A stretch of 64,000 nucleotides of DNA, taken from contig JBHJOH010000013.1 in assembly GCA_050329955.1 (NCBI GenBank), forward strand, positions 988-64,987. Direction: 5' to 3'. The notes under the pieces are model-generated. The model searched no databases, had not been told where the DNA came from, and worked only from the letters and a program-made list of their open reading frames with translations. Each line of letters opens with the position of its first letter. The stretch's first letter is position 1. Shown piece after piece: positions 52,241 through 60,383 of the stretch. The DNA comes from Acidimicrobiia bacterium. Lineage in GTDB: Bacteria; Actinomycetota; Acidimicrobiia; Spongiisociales; ZC4RG35. The translations under genes and the position numbers were made by a program.

Positions 52241-53281
52241 TCAGATTTCGGATCGCACCAGTTCGACGGCCTTGCCCATGTTGCGGAGCTTGCCATAAGC
52301 GACCGTTCGGCTGAAGTATCCGAGCCCGCAGTCGGGGGAAATCAGCAACCGGTCGGGCGGAACGATGTCGAGCCCCTTCCGGATCCGCTCGGCGATCTGC
52401 TCGGGTGGCTCGACCATCGTGTTCTTTGCGTCGACCACGCCGATGCCGAGTACCTTGTCGGCTGGGAATCCGCGGAGTGCCTCCAGCTCGCTGAAGTCCT
52501 TGTTGCAGGTCTCGATGTGGATCACGTCGACTGGCGACTCTCTGAACAGGCCGAGCATGCTGGCGGCATGGTCGTCGTAGACATCTCGCTGACCGTCGAC
52601 GCTTCCGTAACACACATGCCAGAACTTCAGTGCTTCGACACCTTCGAACATCGTGTGCTGTACTTCGATTTGCCACAGGTCGTTGGTATATGGCGGGAGC
52701 ACGTCAATCAACTGGATGGCCTCGAGTCCCTGATCCACCAGGTACTTGAGCTCCCTGTTGAGGGCCACCGCAATGTCGCGTGCCAGCGCGATGTTGTCCT
52801 CGTAGAATTCGTTGTGCAGGATCACGCTCTGCTGGGCGGGACCGAGCATGGCCACCTTGAAGGGCTGGTCGGTGGCACGCTTCATGGCGTAGACCACGCC
52901 CTCGAAGATGGACCGAACCCACTCGACCTTGTCGTGCACGACACCCTTGTAGAAGGGCGCATACTTCGCCCCGTCGCCGGGAGGTCCGTAGGGAGCGATG
53001 CCACCGAGCATTTCAGGGATGTAGTGGAAGATCGGCTCGAGCTGGAAACCCGGCGCCTCCCATTCGTAGTACTGGGCACCATCGCACAGGACGTCGAGGC
53101 CCGCCTCCTCCTGCTCGACAGCGCAGAGTTTGACGGCATCTTCATAGGCCACCCGCAGATTGTGGCTGCGATAGGTGGGCTCGGTACGGCTGCCGAACAC
53201 CCGCCCCTGGAGCCAGTGGGGCCTAGGGAAGGCAGAAACCGCCGAGCTGGGGAGTAGTACGTCCTCACCGCGGATCTCCAT
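52241..53281 (-). CDS. MetE-C-terminal-like (cobalamin-independent methionine synthase family) zinc alkyltransferase, paralogue 1; candidate thiol (CoM) alkyltransferase
   Basis: MEIRGEDVLLPSSAVSAFPRPHWL. Zinc-ligand motif FWHVCYG (52610..52618) and LLISPDCGLG (Cys 52327..52329). GGAGGTG Shine-Dalgarno sequence before ATG 53281. The track's 556-aa version (to 53911) is an over-extension. Confidence 0.85.
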   Translation of the reverse strand: MEIRGEDVLLPSSAVSAFPRPHWLQGRVFGSRTEPTYRSHNLRVAYEDAVKLCAVEQEEAGLDVLCDGAQYYEWEAPGFQLEPIFHYIPEMLGGIAPYGPPGDGAKYAPFYKGVVHDKVEWVRSIFEGVVYAMKRATDQPFKVAMLGPAQQSVILHNEFYEDNIALARDIAVALNRELKYLVDQGLEAIQLIDVLPPYTNDLWQIEVQHTMFEGVEALKFWHVCYGSVDGQRDVYDDHAASMLGLFRESPVDVIHIETCNKDFSELEALRGFPADKVLGIGVVDAKNTMVEPPEQIAERIRKGLDIVPPDRLLISPDCGLGYFSRTVAYGKLRNMGKAVELVRSEI

Positions 53282-53450
53282 GCGCACCTCCGGTTTCGAA
53301 CCACGTGTCCCGTCCGTCGGGCACGTTTCGTGACGATAGGTACGGCTGCTCCCCCACGCCTCCTGTGGTCGCGGTCGGAGTCGAAGACCGTCCTGTCGGG
53401 GTGAAAGCCGCCTTGGTACCTTGGCTCGGGAGGATGAACGGCTGACGGTC

Positions 53451-55112
53451 TCAGTTCTGCCGGAGCGCTCGCAAGGTCTCCCAGGCACGGCAGGCGAGCT
53501 GAAGGTTGAAGCGGGTGTCAGGATGGTTGAGGTCGTATCCGCTGATCTCGCGGATGCGTTGCAATCGGTACTTGAGCGTCGATCGGTGGATGAACAGCGT
53601 CGCCGACGTCTCGTCATAGTTGCCGCCGCACTCGAGGTAACGAGACAACGTGTCGACGAGGCCGGCGTTTCGTTTCGTGTCGTACTCGAGCAGGGAGCCG
53701 AGCCAGCGCCGAACGTATCCCTCCGTGGCCGAGGGGTCTTCGACTTCGGCGAGGAGCTGGAATACCCCGAGATCGTCGTAACACGTCGCTTGGTCCTCCC
53801 AGGCAGCCGCCCGTTGAACCTTGAGAGCCGACTCGGCCTGGCGGAGCGAGCGGGGAAGCTCCGATACGGACTCGCAGCTCTGGCCGACGCCCACGCGGCA
53901 GCGTCCCCCACGTAGCTCGGCGAGGATCGCGGTCCTGAACTGGTTCCAGTCGGTATCGCGATCGGCCAACACCACCACTTGGGCTCCGCGGCGGATCAAG
54001 AGCGAGCCCACCGGCATGTCGCGTGCAACCCTCCTCACGGTGTGGAGGAATGCTTCGCCGTCATCGGCACCGGTGGCGCCTTCGACGATCACCACGCGAT
54101 GCGGCCGTTCTAGGTCGTATCGGAGGGCCTGCGCCCGACGCAGGGCACTCTCCTCGTCCGTCCCGGCGAGGAGCTCCTCCACCAGGTCGCGCCGTACCCG
54201 GAGTTCGCTCTCGGCGAGGCTCCGTAGTCGGGCGGTCTCCATGGCGAGCACGGTGAGCCCGTGCTCGAGGGCGGTGAGCTGCTGGTCGGTGGCCGTACCC
54301 TCCGGGTCGATCAACACCAGTGCGGCGATGACGTCGGGTTGTGGCTCGGTCACCCCCATCCAGCGGTCCTCCACCCGGATCGGCCGGGATTCCTTGAGTG
54401 CCCGTCGCAGGAGCTGTTCGCGCCGGGCGGCCGCTTGTTTTGGATAGGGGTCCGGGCGTCCGGGTCCCGCCCAGGCCCGGAGGTTGCCGAAGCGATCCTC
54501 GATCGCCACCGGCAGGCCTGTGAGGTCGTGGACGGCCCGGGCTATGCCGTCGCGGCCCTCGCCGGATGCTGCCACCGCCGTCAAACGGGCATGGATCTCC
54601 ATGCTGCGCTGCAACACGCCGAGGGTGTGATGGAGTTGTCCGTTCGCCCGCTCCGCCTCGGCGACGGCCCGCTGTTCCTGTTCGTGGAGTCGCCGGTTGG
54701 CGATGGCGGCGCCGGCATGCTGCGCCAGCGCTCGCAGCAGGAAGTGTTCCTCATCGGAGGGATCAGGCACGCAATGTGCCACGAGCCATCCGGCGTGTCC
54801 GTGGCCCGAGTGCACCGGGTAGGCCCAGGCCATCGCCCCATCGGACATGCTCACGTGCCCTCCGGCCGCACCGGCATGATCGAGAATGTCCGAGACCGTG
54901 AGCTCACCCACGGGGACCGGGTCGTCGTCGAGTTCGAAGCGGGCCCACGTGCATGGGGCGAGCGATCGAGCGGCCCCGGCGGCCAGCTGCAGGATCTGCT
55001 CCTCGTTGGTGCTCTCCATCATCAGCTGGGCCAGGACCAGCAGGCTGCGGAGGCGGGACAGCGAGTCTCTGTGGGCGGCACCGCTCTCCATCGATGCGCC
55101 CGCGTCGATCAC
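53451..55112 (-). CDS. PucR/CdaR-family transcriptional regulator with an N-terminal GAF-like sensor region
   Basis: C-terminal PucR HTH TSATLFIHRSTLKYRLQRIREISGYDLNHPDTRFNLQLA. The N-terminal ~150 aa are GAF-like. Confidence 0.85.
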   Translation of the reverse strand: MIDAGASMESGAAHRDSLSRLRSLLVLAQLMMESTNEEQILQLAAGAARSLAPCTWARFELDDDPVPVGELTVSDILDHAGAAGGHVSMSDGAMAWAYPVHSGHGHAGWLVAHCVPDPSDEEHFLLRALAQHAGAAIANRRLHEQEQRAVAEAERANGQLHHTLGVLQRSMEIHARLTAVAASGEGRDGIARAVHDLTGLPVAIEDRFGNLRAWAGPGRPDPYPKQAAARREQLLRRALKESRPIRVEDRWMGVTEPQPDVIAALVLIDPEGTATDQQLTALEHGLTVLAMETARLRSLAESELRVRRDLVEELLAGTDEESALRRAQALRYDLERPHRVVIVEGATGADDGEAFLHTVRRVARDMPVGSLLIRRGAQVVVLADRDTDWNQFRTAILAELRGGRCRVGVGQSCESVSELPRSLRQAESALKVQRAAAWEDQATCYDDLGVFQLLAEVEDPSATEGYVRRWLGSLLEYDTKRNAGLVDTLSRYLECGGNYDETSATLFIHRSTLKYRLQRIREISGYDLNHPDTRFNLQLACRAWETLRALRQN

Positions 55113-55708
55113 GATGATCGGGCCAGGAACTGGTCGGGTTCGACGTACCAGGGGTTGTCGACGACCATGCCCGACATCAGCACCTTCGGGTGGGTGTGGA
55201 GGATGTCGATGAGCACTTGGCCGTCGGTGAACTGCTCGAGGTCATAGAGACAGAGGATGGTCTGGGGGTACTTGGGGAGGAATCGGTTGAGCTCGGCTTC
55301 ATAGGCGACGAGCAACTCGACCCCGGGGAGGTCTTTGAGGGCCCAGGTCATTTCGCCGGCGGCGCGCATGAACTCGTATCCGTCGTCGTCGAATGCTGCT
55401 CGTGCTGCTTCCGCCCAGAACGAGAGCATCTGATCCGGGCAGAAGAATCCACCAAAGAGGTAGGAATCCTCCGAACGAAGGACCGAGAGCTGGCCGCGGA
55501 CTCGGCGGGCTTCGCCCACGATCATCTTGGCGTGTTCAGGGTCGCCCCGGTCGAGCACGCACACGCAGCGGTCGCCCGCTTCGAGTCCTGCCCGGAGGTA
55601 CGGGAACAGGATCTGATCCCGCTGGTCGTCGCCGCGATAGAACGCGCAGATGTGGTCTCCGACGTGCATCTCCACGCCGGGCAGACCCGTCGATACAGAC
55701 AGTCGCAT
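55109..55708 (-). CDS. MEDS-domain (methanogen/methylotroph DcmR sensory) protein
   Basis: GDHICAFYRGDDQRDQILFPYLRAGLEAGDRCVCV...ILCLYDLEQF...ILHTHPKV matches my recollection of the MEDS pattern. The stop overlaps the PucR start. Alternative start 55750. Confidence 0.75.
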   Translation of the reverse strand: MRLSVSTGLPGVEMHVGDHICAFYRGDDQRDQILFPYLRAGLEAGDRCVCVLDRGDPEHAKMIVGEARRVRGQLSVLRSEDSYLFGGFFCPDQMLSFWAEAARAAFDDDGYEFMRAAGEMTWALKDLPGVELLVAYEAELNRFLPKYPQTILCLYDLEQFTDGQVLIDILHTHPKVLMSGMVVDNPWYVEPDQFLARSS

Positions 55709-55925
55709 TGCTCCGCTCCCGAGCTTGCGTTGGGTGGCGAAGCGTATCAACGGCTGGATATCTACGGCTCGTCACAGCAGGATTACTTCCGTCGAGAATC
55801 CTGACCTTGGAGGACAGGGTCTGCTCGCGGGTGACTCCGTAGCGTTCCAGGACACCCCAGCAGGTGCCGGTGGCCGGATCACCGACCGGCTCAGACCGGG
55901 CCGGATGTCTCCCAGGAGGTTTGCC

Positions 55926-56657
55926 ATGGAACGTCGGACAGCGGTCGTGACCGGTGGGGGATCGGGGATCGGTTTCGCCACCTCCGAACGTCTCAGGGCC
56001 GATGGGTTCATAGTGGTTGTGCTCGACCTCGACGGTGCCGCGGCCGGACGGGCCGCCGGGGATGGATTGGGAATCGAGACCGATGTCTCCGATCCGGGAT
56101 CGGTAGAGGCGGCCTTCCGACGGATCGCCGAGGAGGTGGGGCCGGTGGACGTGCTCGTCAACAATGCCGGCATCACCGGTTCGCAGCAGGCGACCCGCCT
56201 GCACGAGACGCCTTTGATCGATTGGGACCTGGTCACCGCCGTCAACATTCGGGGTCCATACCTCTGCTCACGGGCCGTGCTGCCCTCGATGGTCGAGCGC
56301 CGCTCGGGCCACATCATCATCATTGCGTCGGTAGCCGGCCTCAATCCGTTTCCGGGCCGGTCCGCCTATTCCACATCGAAGGGCGCTGCCTTGATCATGG
56401 CAAAGTCGATAGCCATCGACTATGCCGCTGATGGCATCCGCGCCAACGCGGTGTGTCCCGGCATGGTGGAGACGCCGATGACCCAGTGGCGACTCGACCA
56501 GCCGGATCTGAGGGCCGCAGTCGAGTCGCAGGTGCCACTGGGCAGGGTTGCCCAGCCCGAGGACATCGCCGACGCTGTCGCAGTTCTCGCTTCTGGCCAC
56601 TTGTCCTATATGACCGGGCATGCCCTGGTGGTGGACGGTGGGTGGACCGCCAGGTGA
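55926..56657 (+). CDS. Short-chain dehydrogenase/reductase with R-hydroxypropyl-CoM-dehydrogenase-like arginine placement
   Basis: MERRTAVVTGGGSGIGFA, NNAG, S...Y148STSK152, with Arg at Y-3 (R145, 56358..56360) and at Y+41 (R189, 56490..56492). Trimmed from track ORF 55650..56657. Confidence 0.88.
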   Translation: MERRTAVVTGGGSGIGFATSERLRADGFIVVVLDLDGAAAGRAAGDGLGIETDVSDPGSVEAAFRRIAEEVGPVDVLVNNAGITGSQQATRLHETPLIDWDLVTAVNIRGPYLCSRAVLPSMVERRSGHIIIIASVAGLNPFPGRSAYSTSKGAALIMAKSIAIDYAADGIRANAVCPGMVETPMTQWRLDQPDLRAAVESQVPLGRVAQPEDIADAVAVLASGHLSYMTGHALVVDGGWTAR

Positions 56658-56878
56658 CGTCCGGCAACTTGCACCGTCAGTGGGTGCGGCCCGGTCCTGT
56701 CAGGACAGGTTTCCCGGCCGGGTTCGCCCTCCCATCACGTCGCCGTTGACCGGTCCTCGACATAGCGTCGCCTCATCGCCGAGTCGGTTCGAGGAGGTGG
56801 AGGCAGCGCTGACGGAAGGCCTGAACCCCGGGACACGCCAGAAAGGCGGCCCGAGTCGTTCGATTTCGGAGGAGAGAT

Positions 56879-57988
56879 ATGCAGATTCGTGGTGAAGAGG
56901 TAACGATTCCGACCTCGATGGTGGGCAACTATCCGAACCCCCGGTGGTGGGACGCCCACTGTGTACGGGACTGGACCGGTGACCAGGAGCCGCCGGACGC
57001 GTTCAACCGGGAGGCGTTGCAGGACGCCATGGCCGCACTGGTGACCGACCAGGAACAGGCCGGGCTCGACATCATCACAGATGGTCGTCTCCATGGTGAC
57101 AACTACGCCGACCAAGCGTTGTACTACTACTACAAGCGACTCGGGTACGACCTCAAGGGCGGATTCCTGGGCTTCCCCATTTACAGCCGTCTGCATGCCG
57201 CCAGCGCCACCCAGGAAGTCAAGCGCCGTGGGGCGATCATGGTCGAGCAGGCCAGAGCGCTGAAGCGGGCGACCAACAAAGCCACCAAGGTTCAGTACAC
57301 GGGTATCCAGGTGCTCGGACAGGCCACCAACGACCTTTTCTACGAGTCGGGACGCGACCGGGCCATGGCCATCGCCGCCGCCATCAACGAGGACATCCTC
57401 GAGGTCGATGCCATGGGGATCGACTTCATCCAGCTCGACGAATTCACCTGGCCGTACTTCTACGAGGACTGGGCGATCGAGGCCTTCAACCGCGCCGTGC
57501 AGGGTGTCAAGAACGCCAAGATCATCGTCCACATCTGCTGGGGCAACTGGGGCGGCACCCCCGCTTACTACCCGGATGAGACCGCCGAGGCCGGTGAGAT
57601 CTTCGACCTCACCCAGCGCAAGGGCGAAGCGCCGTCGGCGACCGCCTCGGTGATTCCGAAGTCCTACGAGGCCAACATCAACGTGTTGAACCTAGAGAAC
57701 TGCGGCCGGCGCGCTGACGACCTCAGCGGGCTCGACGTCATCAAGACCCACCCGTTGCCCGAGAACGTCCAGTTCTGGGCGGGTGTGATCGATGTGAAGT
57801 CGACCATCACCGAGACCGCCGAGGAGGTGGCGGATCGCATCCGCAGACTCCTCGAGTTCGTGCCGGCGGATCGCCTCGGCGTGACCACCGACTGCGGCCT
57901 CATCCTCCTGCAGCGGTACATCGCCGTCGACAAGCTCCACGCCCTGGTCGAGGGAACCAAGATCGTCCGGCGCGAGCTCGGCGTCTGA
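56879..57988 (+). CDS. MetE-C-terminal-like zinc alkyltransferase, paralogue 2; epoxyalkane:CoM transferase (EaCoMT/XecA/EtnE)-like
   Basis: MQIRGEEVTIPTSMVGNYPNPRWW. Zinc motif IIVHICWGNW (H218/C220, 57530..57538) and GVTTDCGL (C339, 57893..57895). 369 aa. GGAGGAGAG Shine-Dalgarno sequence upstream. Confidence 0.88.
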   Translation: MQIRGEEVTIPTSMVGNYPNPRWWDAHCVRDWTGDQEPPDAFNREALQDAMAALVTDQEQAGLDIITDGRLHGDNYADQALYYYYKRLGYDLKGGFLGFPIYSRLHAASATQEVKRRGAIMVEQARALKRATNKATKVQYTGIQVLGQATNDLFYESGRDRAMAIAAAINEDILEVDAMGIDFIQLDEFTWPYFYEDWAIEAFNRAVQGVKNAKIIVHICWGNWGGTPAYYPDETAEAGEIFDLTQRKGEAPSATASVIPKSYEANINVLNLENCGRRADDLSGLDVIKTHPLPENVQFWAGVIDVKSTITETAEEVADRIRRLLEFVPADRLGVTTDCGLILLQRYIAVDKLHALVEGTKIVRRELGV

Positions 57989-58060
57989 CACAGCATCGGG
58001 GGTGGTGGAGGCCGGTAGCTCGGCCCCACCACCCTTGGTGTTCGAGAGGAGAGCGTTCGT

Positions 58061-59476
58061 ATGGTCACCGACACGAAACCCGACGCCGCCGCTGAGATCG
58101 CTGAGATCGTCGGGCGCGCCCGGCGGGCTCAGGCCGCCGTTGCCGACTACAGCCAGGCGCAGGTCGACGAGCTCGTCACCGCCGTCGCCTGGTCGGTTGG
58201 TCGCGACGACCGGGCCGAGTCGCTCGCCCGGACCGCCGTCGACGAGGGCGGGTTCGGTACCTACGACGACAAAGTGACGAAGATCAAGCGCCGGGTGTTC
58301 GGTGCCCTCGCCGACATGCGCCACGTCAGGACCGTCGGCGTCGTCGAGGAGGACCCGGAACGGGGACTGGTGAAGATCGCCAAACCGGTTGGCGTGGTGG
58401 CAGCGCTCATCCCCACCACCGGCCCGGACGCCACACCCCCCATGAAGGCCATGTTCGCGTTGAAAGGCCGCAACGCCATCGTGATCGCAGCGCACCCGCG
58501 CACTCAGGGGAGCTCTCGAGCGGTGGTCGACGTGATGCGGGCGGCCTGCGAACAGGTAGGCGCCCCGGCCGATCTGATCCAGATCGTCGAACGACCGTCG
58601 ATCGCCAAGACCCAGGCCCTCATGGCCCAGGTCGATCTGGTGGTCGCCACTGGCGGTGCCGCCATGGTGAAGGCCGCCTACTCGTCGGGGACCCCCGCCT
58701 ATGGGGTCGGGGTGGGCAACTCGGTGCATGTGGTCGACGAAACCGCCGACATCGACGATGCCGCCGCCATGATCGCCGCCGCCAAGACATTCGACCTCGC
58801 CACCAGCTGCCTGGCCGACAATGCCGTGGTGGCCGAGGCCGCGATCGCCGACCAGCTCATGGAGGGACTCGTCGCCCGGGGCGGGCACCGGTGCGACGAT
58901 CACGAGAAGGCGCTCCTCCAGAAGGCCATGTGGCCCGACGGAGGGCACATCCCCACCATCGACGTCATCGCCAAGCCCGCCGCACACATCGCATCATTGG
59001 CCGGTTTCGACATCCCCGCCGACCGCACCTTCCTGATCGTCGATGAGGACGGCGCCGGCCCCGACCATCCGTTCTCCGGTGAGAAGCTGTCGGTGGTCCT
59101 GGCCTTCTACACCTACCGCGGTGGCATCGGAGGTGCGGTCGAGATCGTCAACGCCATCACCGACTACCAGGGACTCGGCCACACCTGTGGGATCCACACC
59201 TCGAGTGATTCCAACGTCGACGCACTCGCCACCGGCACCCGCACCGCCCGGGTGATGGTGAATCAGAACCTCAACGAGGGCGCCGGCAGCGCTCGCAACG
59301 GATTGCCATTCACGCTGTCGCTCTCGTGCGGGACCTGGGGCGGGAACGTCACCACCGAAAACGTCAACGCCCGCCACTTCGTGAACCTCACCTGGGTGTC
59401 CCGTACCATTCCGCCCAAGGCGATCGACGAGTCCGAGCTATTCGCCGTACACTGGGATCGATACGGACGTGGCTGA
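58061..59476 (+). CDS. CoA-acylating aldehyde dehydrogenase (SucD / EutE-PduP / SauS-like branch of the ALDH superfamily)
   Basis: KPVGVVAALIPTTGPDATPPMKAMFALKGRNAIVIAAHPR, GGAAMVKAAYSSGTPAYGVGVGN, catalytic Cys in KTFDLATSCLADN, and C-terminal GTWGGN. Confidence 0.85.
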   Translation: MVTDTKPDAAAEIAEIVGRARRAQAAVADYSQAQVDELVTAVAWSVGRDDRAESLARTAVDEGGFGTYDDKVTKIKRRVFGALADMRHVRTVGVVEEDPERGLVKIAKPVGVVAALIPTTGPDATPPMKAMFALKGRNAIVIAAHPRTQGSSRAVVDVMRAACEQVGAPADLIQIVERPSIAKTQALMAQVDLVVATGGAAMVKAAYSSGTPAYGVGVGNSVHVVDETADIDDAAAMIAAAKTFDLATSCLADNAVVAEAAIADQLMEGLVARGGHRCDDHEKALLQKAMWPDGGHIPTIDVIAKPAAHIASLAGFDIPADRTFLIVDEDGAGPDHPFSGEKLSVVLAFYTYRGGIGGAVEIVNAITDYQGLGHTCGIHTSSDSNVDALATGTRTARVMVNQNLNEGAGSARNGLPFTLSLSCGTWGGNVTTENVNARHFVNLTWVSRTIPPKAIDESELFAVHWDRYGRG

Positions 59477-60383
59477 CCTACCGACTCCGAACGCACGGTC
59501 ACACCCCTACCGAGGGTTGTCGGTTCAGCATGTCGATCAGACCCCCGATCCCGACTTCATGCGCTCCTACCTGCTCGGACGGGAGGTCTACCGGCGGTCC
59601 GACTACATCGCCCTCATCCATGGTGACGATGTCGGTTTGGCCACCGTGTCGAAAGAGTCCACCGAACCGCTGTTCTCGCCCGTGACCGAGGTGGAGGTGT
59701 GGGCCGGGCCGGATCGCATGCTGATGGTCGAGGATCCGAGCTGCGACGTCGGCAACGCCACCGCACTCGCCCGAACTGCATTGGCCAATGCGCGACCTGG
59801 CGTATCGGGATATCTCATCAAGGGCCAGTTCGAGCACATCAACTTCATCTGGGAGCCGGCGCCGATCCGCATCCATGTCACCGAGGTCACGCCCCCGGAT
59901 CCGCCCAAACTGTTCGTGCAGGCAACGCAGGTGGTTGCCTTCGATGAAGATCTCCAACCGATCGACTTGGTGGTCGAGGCCGTCACCTTCCCGGATCTGG
60001 CCGACTCGGCTCCACCATCCGACGCCTATCTGCTTCCCTGCCGGGGTTCCGGGGCCGATCTCCCGGGAGAGGTGGCGTTCCTCGACACCCGTCCGGCAGA
60101 TCGCCTCGACTGGACCCTGATCGGATGTGAACGCTCGATGCAGTTCCATCGTCACTTCTACGGCGACGAGCCGCGTCAGGTGGACATCTGCCCCAAGGTC
60201 CGGGTGGCCGGGGAGGATCCGGAAGGTCTGTGGCTGGTCAAGTGCTGCCTGATCGAGCGGGGCATCGAGTACGAGCGGGGGAGAGCCGTGGTGCCGTGGG
60301 GTTCGAACCTCGACGAAGTGCGGTCGGCTCTCAGGTTGCTCACCGGCATCGACCAGCCGGCTGATTCGTTCGCCTGGACGTGA
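59469..60383 (+). CDS. Hypothetical protein, translationally coupled on both sides within the CoM operon
   Basis: ORF only, no family recognised. GTG 59469 overlaps the ALDH stop, and its own stop overlaps the GTG of the next gene (GTGA at 60380). The Cys/His-rich C-terminal part reads LIGCERSMQFHRHFYGDEPRQVDICPKV...LVKCCLIERG. The start is uncertain. Confidence 0.6.
   Translation: MADLPTPNARSHPYRGLSVQHVDQTPDPDFMRSYLLGREVYRRSDYIALIHGDDVGLATVSKESTEPLFSPVTEVEVWAGPDRMLMVEDPSCDVGNATALARTALANARPGVSGYLIKGQFEHINFIWEPAPIRIHVTEVTPPDPPKLFVQATQVVAFDEDLQPIDLVVEAVTFPDLADSAPPSDAYLLPCRGSGADLPGEVAFLDTRPADRLDWTLIGCERSMQFHRHFYGDEPRQVDICPKVRVAGEDPEGLWLVKCCLIERGIEYERGRAVVPWGSNLDEVRSALRLLTGIDQPADSFAWT

Noticed and set aside
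52241-53911. The 556-aa version of the MetE-like ORF, and similar 5' over-extensions (34597..36789, 15019..16575, 3256..4494, 8022..9056, 12904..14412, 33611..34774, 55650..56657)
   Set aside because: The extensions are Arg/Pro-rich, overlap neighbouring real genes or their antisense strand, and precede internal starts that have Shine-Dalgarno sequences or 4-nt coupling overlaps. Only the homologous C-terminal portions were called.
56658-56878. The 221-nt leader upstream of the EaCoMT-like operon considered as a riboswitch
   Set aside because: I recognise no known riboswitch consensus. Only a short palindrome is evident, and it is reported instead as a low-confidence operator candidate.
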